This document shows positions 12,201-20,500 of a DNA stretch of 39,928 bases, in pieces. The first letter of the stretch is position 1; every line of letters begins with the position of its first letter. The position numbers and the translations under genes were made by a program. The notes under the pieces are model-generated. The model worked only from the letters and a program-made list of their open reading frames with translations, had not been told where the DNA came from and ran no database searches. Origin of the DNA: an uncultured Collinsella sp. (GTDB lineage Bacteria > Actinomycetota > Coriobacteriia > Coriobacteriales > Coriobacteriaceae); assembly GCA_900550735.1 (NCBI GenBank), contig URTD01000001.1:1-39928 (forward strand). The letters are read 5' to 3'.

Positions 12201-12944
12201 CTATTGCATCGGGTCGGACAGGACCCGCTCGATCTCTGATGCGGGAAGTGCGCCTTGGCGCAGGATCTGGAGCCCGCCGTGCTGGAACGACACGATGGTC
12301 GAGGCGTCGCGACACGGGGTCTCACCGGCGTCGACGGCAACATCGACCCCCTCCAGGATGCGACCCTCGACGGCGGCAAAGCTTGCCGGCGAAGGCGCGC
12401 CGTGCGTGTTGGCGCTCGTGCAGGCAAGGGGACTGCCGCAGGCGCGGATGAGCGCTTGGACCACGGGAGAGGCCGAAGCGCGCAGGGCCACGGTGTCGTC
12501 GGCAGCGCGCATAAAGGTCGGCACGCAGGGGGCTGCCTTGACCACGATAGTCAGGGCTCCCGGCCAGCATCGTCGCGCGAGTACGCGGGCATCTTCCGGG
12601 ATATCCACGCCATAGCGGTCGAGTGCTTCGACGCCATCGACCAGCCAAGCGACGGTTTGCGTGAGCTCACGTTGCTTGAGAGTGAAGATACGGCGATAGC
12701 CGGTGCCGAGCGCAGGAACTGCGGCGCCATTGACGGCAGCCTGCGGATCGCGCGGCCACGATGGGAATTCGCTTGTATCTTGGGGCACGGCGCCCGAGAA
12801 GGCGTTGACTGCCACGGCGACACCGTAGACGGTCTCGGTCGGAATCAAGGCCAGGCCGCCGCGGCCGAGCACCTCGGCCGTGCGCTCGACGGCAAGCCGA
12901 TGCGGCTCGCGCGTTCCCTCGTATACCCGATAGACCGTCTGCAT
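12201..12944 (-). CDS. tsaC: L-threonylcarbamoyladenylate synthase (TsaC/Sua5/YrdC)
   Basis: PTETVYG, KQR, WPGALT, TSAN, STIV, ILRQG motifs; synteny with prmC. Confidence 0.92.
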   Translation of the reverse strand: MQTVYRVYEGTREPHRLAVERTAEVLGRGGLALIPTETVYGVAVAVNAFSGAVPQDTSEFPSWPRDPQAAVNGAAVPALGTGYRRIFTLKQRELTQTVAWLVDGVEALDRYGVDIPEDARVLARRCWPGALTIVVKAAPCVPTFMRAADDTVALRASASPVVQALIRACGSPLACTSANTHGAPSPASFAAVEGRILEGVDVAVDAGETPCRDASTIVSFQHGGLQILRQGALPASEIERVLSDPMQ

Positions 12945-13092
12945 GTGTATGCCAGCCCCTTACGCTCCGGTGCAAGTTTGTTTACTGTGGGGCATTCTCG
13001 CACGAAACATTCAACCTATTTGCCCAGAGCGCATGTTGGTTTGGTGAGCGGCTCTAGTAGTCGGTGAAAGTGAGGGGGTTAATTGAAGATTT

Positions 13093-13395
13093 TTAGCGCG
13101 CAAGCGTAACGGTACGATCGGGAAACTCGATGCTTGCAACCAGTTTTCCGCCGAGGCTCTCTGCGTACCTGCTCAGCGTGTCGAGCCTCATCGAACCCAA
13201 CTCCCCACGCTCGAGCTCGGATACACGTTTTTGAGAAACGCCCATCGACTGGGCGACCGACGCCTGTGTTAGATCTTTTAACCTGCGAATCTGAGCAAGC
13301 TTATAGGCTTCGATACGATCGCGAGTCCTCTCCTGCTCGGCGGTAATGGAGTCGCGTGTTATCCCGCGAGATTCCATATACTCATGCAGTTCCAT
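13093..13395 (-). CDS. XRE/HTH antitoxin (HigA-like)
   Basis: LAQIRRLKDLTQASVAQSMGVSQKRVSELERG helix-turn-helix; overlaps the end of the toxin ORF; AAGGAGG RBS. Confidence 0.88.
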   Translation of the reverse strand: MELHEYMESRGITRDSITAEQERTRDRIEAYKLAQIRRLKDLTQASVAQSMGVSQKRVSELERGELGSMRLDTLSRYAESLGGKLVASIEFPDRTVTLAR

Positions 13396-13776
13396 CTCGA
13401 TCGAGCCTCCTTACGTGGCGACGGTATATTTGCTCGGCCCTTGGAATGTTGATCGCATACCAACCGTTCCATTTTGCCCTTGACGATCCCGCTCGCGACT
13501 TATCACCCGCCAATAGCAATACCGCCTGGCGCTTGGGGTCAAAGGCGAAGAGGATGCGAATCACCTGCCCACCACACGACGTCACTCTCAGCTCCTTAAA
13601 TGATGAAGCTTCGAGCCCTTTACGCGGTCAACCAGCGGACGACCAAGGCTGGGACCTTCCTTCTCGAGCACCAAAAGGTCTGCATAAATCTGCTTCAGCG
13701 TAGCTTCATCCTGCTCATCAAGCCAAGGTTCAATGTAATCAAGCACGATACGGTACCGATGCAGCTGATTTGACAT
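13382..13776 (-). pseudogene. RelE/HigB (Gp49-like) toxin, frameshifted
   Basis: Fragment 1 ends EGPSLGRPLVDRVKGSKLHHL; fragment 2 has IRILFAFDPKRQAVLLLAGDK. One extra A at 13596-13600 joins them as LKELRVTS. Confidence 0.85.
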
Positions 13777-13785
13777 ACCTTTCTC

Positions 13786-13818
13786 CTTCTATAGTAGAAG
13801 TTTTACGGTATATTGCAA
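13786..13818 (-). promoter_or_regulatory. Candidate TA promoter with a palindrome over the -10 (possible operator)
   Basis: TTGCAA-16 nt-TACTAT on the minus strand; inverted repeat CTTCTA-tag-TAGAAG at 13786-13800 overlaps the -10. Confidence 0.45.
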
Positions 13819-13851
13819 GGACAAACTTGCGCAAATGTCTATTTATTCAGC

Positions 13852-15102
13852 TTAAATACGCTGTTTGGGCTCGGTGACGATGGCTCGAACGATGCGGGGA
13901 CGATCGGTGAGGTCGTGGACGATACGCACGTCCGAAAGGCCTGCCTGGCGACAGAGCTCGGCCGCGGCATCGAGGGCGCCCTCGTAGAGCTCGCAGGCAA
14001 ACAGGCCGCCGGCGCGCAGCATGTAAGGCGCCGCATTGAGCAGGCGGCGGAAGATGTCCAGGCCGTCGGCACCGCCCTCGAGCGCCAAGTCGGGCTCAAA
14101 GTCCTTGACCTCGTGCGGCAGCGAGCGCATGACGCCGGTCGGGATGTAGGGCGGGTTGGAAACGAGCACGTCGAAGGTGCCCCACTCTTCGCGGGGAATG
14201 GAGCTCACCAGGTTGGTGAGACTAAAGGCAACCTCATCTGCCGTGAGGCCGAGCGCGTCGCGGTTTTTGGTGGCCAGATCGATGGCGCGCGGCTCGATAT
14301 CGGTGGCGGTGCAGGTAACGTGGCCGCGGCGCTCCCAGGCAAGGGAGAGCGAGATGCAACCCGTGCCGCAGCCGACCTCGAGAACGCGGGCGATACGGGG
14401 CTCGGCTGGGGCAGGCGCAGCGGCATCCTGAGCCGAAGCCGTCTCCTGGCCGGCACCCTCGATGGCGATGCCGTATTCGTCGAGCTCGGGCTCGGCGTCT
14501 TCCGCGGCTTCGTCTTCTGCTGCCTGCGCGGCGGCTTCCTCGGCCTCGCGGTCGGCCAGCTCCTCGGCATAGGCGCGGCTGCCCAATACGTCGCCGCCTA
14601 GCGCCGCCTCATCGGCAGCCGTCAGGTTAGCGGCACGGCGCTCGGCGGCCGCGCGTTCGTCTGCCAGCGCGGCCTCGGCCTTGCGTGCCTCCTCGACCTC
14701 ATCGTTCCAAGGCAGCTCCACGCGCTGACGGGCAGCAGCCTCGGGGCTCAGCACCTCGGCATCCAGATAATTGAGGACTTCCTCGACGAGCATCTCGGTC
14801 TCGGGGCGCGGAATGAGCACACCGGGGGCGCACGCGACGTCGATCATGCGAAACTGCGTGCTGCCCGTGATGTATTGCAGCGGCTCGCCCTTAGCGCGGC
14901 GGACAACGGCCGCATGCATGGTCTCGAGCTGGGACGCGTTAAGCGTCTCGTCCATACGCATATATAGGTCAATACGCGCCAGGCCCGTGGCGGCGCACAG
15001 CAGCCACTCGGCAGAAAGACGGGGGTGCTCCTCGCCGCGCTCGGCCAGGTACTCCTTGGTCCACTCGAGACAACGCTTGATGGTCCAAATCTCGTTTGCC
15101 AT
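13852..15102 (-). CDS. prmC: Release factor glutamine methyltransferase with a long acidic insertion
   Basis: RRAKGEPLQYITG, VLIPRPETE, EVGCGTG, SNPPY, ALEGGADGL; ATG at 15102 with GAGGGG RBS; next to prfA. Confidence 0.93.
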   Translation of the reverse strand: MANEIWTIKRCLEWTKEYLAERGEEHPRLSAEWLLCAATGLARIDLYMRMDETLNASQLETMHAAVVRRAKGEPLQYITGSTQFRMIDVACAPGVLIPRPETEMLVEEVLNYLDAEVLSPEAAARQRVELPWNDEVEEARKAEAALADERAAAERRAANLTAADEAALGGDVLGSRAYAEELADREAEEAAAQAAEDEAAEDAEPELDEYGIAIEGAGQETASAQDAAAPAPAEPRIARVLEVGCGTGCISLSLAWERRGHVTCTATDIEPRAIDLATKNRDALGLTADEVAFSLTNLVSSIPREEWGTFDVLVSNPPYIPTGVMRSLPHEVKDFEPDLALEGGADGLDIFRRLLNAAPYMLRAGGLFACELYEGALDAAAELCRQAGLSDVRIVHDLTDRPRIVRAIVTEPKQRI

Positions 15103-15493
15103 GGGGCCCTCCCCTCTTAAGCGCCGGACGGCGCGCGAATGTCGGAGCAGATTGTAAGCGAGGCTAGCGCTTGGCAAGGGACGATTGAAGGCGATTATCG
15201 AGAATCAGCCCAGAATTTTGTTTGGATCGCAATCGAAGTGTTCATTCGTCGACGTCTAAATCTGCATCCGTCAAGCTTTTGGCAAGGTTGCCCCAAAACC
15301 GACCAATATCTGACCAAACGCTTGCCACATCGCTTGACGCGCGACGCATCAAAAATCGCCCCGCGACTTCTTGAACGATTTTTCGAGCAATATTTTCAAT
15401 AGCAGATGAAAGCTGTTAATTACTTTGAGCAGGTAGACAGCTTAATTTCTAACAAAACAGATTAAATAAACTCGAAAAGTAATTTACCCAACC

Positions 15494-15525
15494 TAGTCAT
15501 TTAAGAACGTCCCCAATGACTACCT
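15494..15525. repeat. REP-like palindromic repeat, family A (copy 1)
   Basis: TAGTCATT-taagaacgtcccc-AATGACTA-cct; 31/32 identical to 30550-30581. Confidence 0.8.
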
Positions 15526-15558
15526 TGGAAACCCCACAGGTTGAGCATAAGTCAGCGA

Positions 15559-15697
15559 AAACGCCCCTAAGCGAGCAAGGTGACGTGAAAGAGGAGGGAA
15601 GCGTACTTCGGTACGCGACCGACGATTGAACGTCAGATTGCCGCTTAGGGGCGTTTGCAGCGTCGAGCAGTTACGGCGTTTGGTAAAACGCCGTAAC
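15559..15697. repeat. Dispersed structured element (candidate ncRNA or MITE-like repeat)
   Basis: 15-bp stem 15559-15573/15642-15656, inner stems GCAA/TTGC and TGACGT/ACGTCA, apical GCGTAC-TTCG-GTACGC, then a 12-bp hairpin 15670-15697; homologous to 1-88. Confidence 0.8.
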
Positions 15698-16765
15698 TTA
15701 AACAGCCTGCGCCAGCTTCTCGGCTCGCTCGGCGGCGGCGAGCGCCTCGATGACGGTACCGAGCTGATCGCCCAGAAGGACGCCGTTGTAGGTAGAGTTG
15801 AAGCCGATACGGTGATCGGTCACGCGGTCCTGGGGCTGGTTGTAAGTACGGATCTTCTCGGAACGGTTGCCGTGGCCGATCTGGCTCTGGCGCTCGGCAC
15901 CGAGCTCGGCCTGCTGCTTCTCGAGTTCCATCTCGTACAGACGGGCGCGCAGCATCTGCATGCAGACCTCGCGGTTCTGGATCTGGGAACGCTGCTCCTG
16001 CGACTGCACCACGGTGTTGGTGGGCAGGTGGGTGATGCGCACGGCGGAGTAGGTGGTGTTAACGCACTGACCGCCAGGGCCGGAGGCGCAGTAGGTGTCG
16101 ATGCGCAGGTCGGACTGGTTGATCTGGACGTCGATTTCCTCGGCCTCGGGAAGCACGGCTACGGTAGCCGTGGAGGTCTGAATGCGGCCCTGGGACTCGG
16201 TCTTGGGGACGCGCTGGACGCGGTGCACGCCGGACTCGAACTTCATGACGGAGTAAACGCGGTCGCCCTCGACCTTGAACTCAATGGACTTAAAGCCGCC
16301 GGCCTCGCTGGGGCTGGAATCGAGCACGGTGGTCTTCCAGCCGCGCGACTCGCAAAAGCGCTGATACATCTTGTACAGGTCGCCGGCGAAGATGGCCGCC
16401 TCGTCGCCACCGGCGGCGGAGCGAATCTCGACGATGGTGTTCTTGTCGTCGTTGGGGTCGCTCGGAATGAGCATGTACTTGATGTCTTCCTCGAGCTGGG
16501 GGAGCTTGGCCTCGTTTTCGGAGATGTCCATCTGGAGCATCTCCTTCTCATCGGCATCGGTGGTATCGTGCAGCATTTCCTTGGCAGCCTCGATGTCATC
16601 GAGCGCGCCGATGTACTCGCGCGAGGCGGCAATGAGGTCGGACTGGTGCGCGTACTCCTTGTTGAGACGCGTGAACTCCTTGATATCGGAGGCGACGGCC
16701 GGGTCAGAAAGCTTCTTCTCGAGCTCCTCGTAGGCCTTGATAATCTTTTCGAGCTTGTCGCGCAT
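15698..16765 (-). CDS. prfA: Peptide chain release factor 1
   Basis: GGQ motif, PKT (PxT) RF1 specificity motif, ESGVHRVQR, EKIRTYN; AAGGAG RBS. Confidence 0.98.
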   Translation of the reverse strand: MRDKLEKIIKAYEELEKKLSDPAVASDIKEFTRLNKEYAHQSDLIAASREYIGALDDIEAAKEMLHDTTDADEKEMLQMDISENEAKLPQLEEDIKYMLIPSDPNDDKNTIVEIRSAAGGDEAAIFAGDLYKMYQRFCESRGWKTTVLDSSPSEAGGFKSIEFKVEGDRVYSVMKFESGVHRVQRVPKTESQGRIQTSTATVAVLPEAEEIDVQINQSDLRIDTYCASGPGGQCVNTTYSAVRITHLPTNTVVQSQEQRSQIQNREVCMQMLRARLYEMELEKQQAELGAERQSQIGHGNRSEKIRTYNQPQDRVTDHRIGFNSTYNGVLLGDQLGTVIEALAAAERAEKLAQAV

Positions 16766-17049
16766 GGCGGGACTCCTTTATGTGCGTGAAGGCGAAAATC
16801 GGCAGAGTTGATGGGGCGCGCGGCGCCACTGCGGGGGTAAGCCCAGCTAGAACATGTCGATCTTCAGATACATGCGCATCCCTTCGCGTATGAGGTACAT
16901 AGTTGCGGTCTAACCCATACATGATAGCGTGCGCAGGCATACCTGCATATAACCCGCACGGAATGCGACAAAGGGTCAGTCTCTTTCCTTGAATACAACT
17001 TCATCCGAACGCCTCCCGCATTCATCCGCACATATACGGATAAATTTGG

Positions 17050-17439
17050 GAATCCGATACCCTGAGGGCCGGATCGGCCGGCCCCGGGAGATCGGAGGAC
17101 GCCATGTCCGGAAAGGGCGGGAAGGACGCCGCGAGGGCGGTCCCGAGGACCCACGGCAGGCTCACCGGGTACGAGCGGGACACGGTCCAGAGGATGCTGA
17201 AGCGCAGGGTTCGCTCGGCCACTTCCTCGAGAGGTTCAAGGGCGTATCGACCCGCAGGCTCCACAGCTGCCTGATGTGGTTCAGATGGCTGCGCGAGGCC
17301 GCACGCGTCGGGGACAGGACGTCGCTCATGCGCGAGCAGCTCGACGACGGGCGCTACGAAAAGATCCGGAAGAAGATGATGGAGCCGGAGTACGAGTTCC
17401 ATCTGGAGCCGGACGTGCAAACGGCGGGTTAACATAGCC
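17050..17439 (+). mobile_element. Degenerate IS1595-family-like transposase remnant (left boundary approximate)
   Basis: FLERFKGVSTRRLHSCLMWFRW resembles the IS1595 C-terminal F..F.GVSTK.L..YL.WF.W pattern; followed by AACATAGCC (reverse complement GGCTATGTT, like IS1595-family ends); no intact N-terminus. Confidence 0.6.
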
Positions 17440-17446
17440 TTTCACC

Positions 17447-17486
17447 AAAAAGGGCGAGCGGCCGCGCCCTGCGACCACCCGCCCTC
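17447..17486 (-). terminator. Intrinsic terminator of the adhesin gene
   Basis: Minus strand AGGGCGGGTGGTCGC-agggc-GCGGCCGCTCGCCCT followed by TTTT; G-U pairs work on the minus strand. Confidence 0.8.
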
Positions 17487-17513
17487 AATCAAAGCCCTTC
17501 TCGGCCGCCGTAG

Positions 17514-20500
17514 CTACCGGTTCCGGCGCCGCAGGATAACGCCTGCGGCGATCAGCACCACCGCGCCGCCCGCAATGCCACCCAGGGCCATCGGCGACAA
17601 GCTGGTATCGCCCGTATACGGCAGACCCGGCTTCTCCTCCTTCGGCACCGGTGACTTGCTCGGCGGATTGGTGGGCGGCTCCGTCGGCGGGATGGTCGGC
17701 GGCGTGTACGTGTTCTTGAACACCGGCGCCACGGCGCCGTCATAGGTTACCGTCGCCACCAGATGGCCCGCACCGTCGTCCGTCACCGTCACCGTTACCC
17801 GGTGCTCGGCCGCGTCGTACGTCACGTTCTTCTGACCGTCGTCCACCTCGGAGATGCTGTAGGCGTACGTTCCGGGCTTGTCGTACGAGATCGCCTCGAA
17901 GCCCACCGTGCCGTCCGCCGCGTTCTTTGCGGTCTGCAGCACCTTGCCGTCGGCATCCTTCAGCTGGAAGGAGAACTGCCCTTCCTTCAGGTCCTCGCCG
18001 CTCAGCACCTTGGAGGCCCCCAGCTTCACCTCAGTCGCGGCCGGCGCGTAACTGTTGCTGAACGCCACCGCATCCGCAGCCTTGCCGCCCTTGCTGTAGG
18101 CAACCTGCGCCTCCAGCGCGTGCGTCTCCGCATTCTCCGTCACCGTCACCGTCGCGGTAAAGACCGTCGTGTCGTAGGTGACGCCGTTCGCCGTCGCCCC
18201 TGCCCGCTCGGACACGGTGTAGACGTACGTCCCCACCTTGTCCAGCTGCAGCGGCGCGAAGCCGAACGTGCCGTCGGCGCCGTTCTGCACCGTCTGCACC
18301 ACGTTACCGTCGGCGTCCTTCAGGTCGAAGAAGAACTCACCCTCGGCCAGGTCGCGGCCGGTCAGAGCCTTCGTTCCGGTAATCGTCGCCGTCGTTGCCG
18401 TCGGCGTGTAGGTGTTGGTGAAGGTCAGATCCGCAGCCGTCTTGTTCGCCGTCGCGGTCAGCTGGCCGCTGCCGTCATCGGTCACGTTCACCGTTACGTC
18501 CAGCACCGCATCGCTGTAAGTGATGGTGCCATCTTGGCCCGCAACCTCCTTCACCTGGTACGCATGCGAACCAGTTGCGGTGTACGAGATGGCCTTGAAG
18601 GTAAACGCTTTACCCACGTTCGTGGTCCGGTCGATCTCCTGCCCGGTGGCCACGTCAATCAGCGCGAATGTGAACTCGCCATCGGCGGGCGTCCGCGTGG
18701 TGGCCGGGTCGGCATTCTCAAGCACCTTGGTGCCAGAGATCTGGTAGGAGGTCTGACCCGGCTGGTAGCTGTTCGCAAACGTCATGGTATTGGGGGTGAC
18801 GCCGTTCTCGGTGCCCTCGCTCGGTTTCACCGTAGAGCTCTCTACCACCAGCTTGCCGTCGTTGTTGTCCTTCACCACGTAGGTCAGGGTGTACGTCTTG
18901 CCGGTGTAGGTCACGCCCGGCACGCCCGGCGCGTCGTCCGTCGGCTGCACCTCGCGGACCGTGTAGGTAAAGGTGCCCGCATGGTCGAAGGTCAGCTTGT
19001 CGAAGGCAACCTTACCGTCGGCATCGTTCTTCTGGGTCTGGATCACCGAGCCGTCAGACCCCATCAGCTCGAAGGCGAAATCTCCCGCCTTTAGCTGATA
19101 GCTGCCGTCGTGCACGTTAACGCTCTTGGTGAGGGCGATCGCACCGGAGTCCGTCGCCTGTGCCTCGTAGGTGTTGGTGAAGGTGGGCTTCGTGGCGTCC
19201 GTACCGTCGTAGGCGACGCTCGCCTGCAGCGTGCCGGCATTGTCCGCAACCGTCACCACGGCATGGTGCACCGCGGCGTCGTAGGTCACGTAGGCCAGAT
19301 CGCCCTTCCGCTCAACGATGGTGTACTCGTGCGTGCCCGGCTTCGCGTAGGAGAAGGCGTCGAAGCCGACGCTTCCGTTCGTGTCGTTGGTCGCGGTCCG
19401 GACGGGATTGGCCTCGGCAAGCTGCTCAGCCGTCAGGTTGCCCTCGTACACATCGAAGGTGAACTCGCCGCCCTTGAGTACGATCGGCGTGTTGTCGTCC
19501 TTCTTCACGTAGCTCTTCTGCGCACCGAGGGCCAGGCCGGTCGCGGCCGGCTGGTAGGTGTTGGTGAAGGTCTCCGGGCCGGATGTGCTCGTCACGATCG
19601 CCTTCGCATTCAGTGCTCCGTTCCCGCCGTCTGTGACCTTCACCGTGTAGGTGAGCGCATGGGTGTCGTAGACCATGCCCGGCTCCGCGCCCGGCTGCTC
19701 CACGATGGTGTAGGTGAAGTCCTTGCTCGCGGCGCCGTCCAAGTCGGAGAGCTGGAACTCGCGCGTGAAGCTGACCTTGCCGTTTGCATCGTTCTTCGCG
19801 GTGTCGAGCACGTTGCCGGCAGCGTCCTTCAAGTCGAAGGTGAACTCGCCGTCCGTGGGCTTCGTCGTGTGGTCGAAGCCGTCCGCAACCTTGATGGTCT
19901 TAGTCGCCGTCAGGGTTACGGAACCCTTTGCGTCGTAGGTGTTATTGAAGGTGGGAGCCGTAGCGGTACCGTCATAGGTGACGGTCACCTTCGTCTTGTT
20001 GTTATCGTCCTGGTTCTGCTCTACCTTGACGTGGACCTTGACTTCCTTGGCGTCGTAGACCACGCCGTCAACGGTCTGGCCGGCTTTCTCCTCCTTGAGC
20101 GTGTAGTCGTACTCGCCCAGGTTCAGGTTCTCGACGGCCAGCTTGACGTTGCCGCCCCGGTCGTTGGTGCCCTTGGCGACCTCGTTGCCGGCCTGGTCGT
20201 ACAGGCCGAAGGCGAACGCGCCGCCCGTCAGCGCCTTGCCCGTGAGGGTCTTCGTCGCCTCGACGGTTGCACCGGCCGTCGGCTTCGCGTTGGTGAAGGT
20301 CGGCACGGCCCTATCGCCGCCGTAGGTGGCGACCGCCTTTAGCGTGCCGTTCTTGTTATCAGTGACCCTAACGTGCACGTTCACCGTCTTGCCGTCGTAC
20401 ACGACGGTCGAGTCGTTGCCGGCAACCTCCTTGATGGTGTAGTCGTGATCGCCCGGAGTGTCGTAGCCGATTGCCTGGAAGGTAATGTTGCCGTCCTTGT

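Noticed and set aside
15139..15402. 87-aa + strand ORF in the prfA-prmC spacer
   Set aside because: No RBS or domain signal and atypical composition; cannot be supported
15698..16765. Programmed frameshift in the release factor gene
   Set aside because: The ORF is continuous and is RF1 (PxT motif); the frameshift is a prfB feature
16851..16960. Short dyads upstream of prfA and an 11-bp match (CTTCAGATACA) to the 34105 repeat
   Set aside because: Too short and imperfect to distinguish from chance
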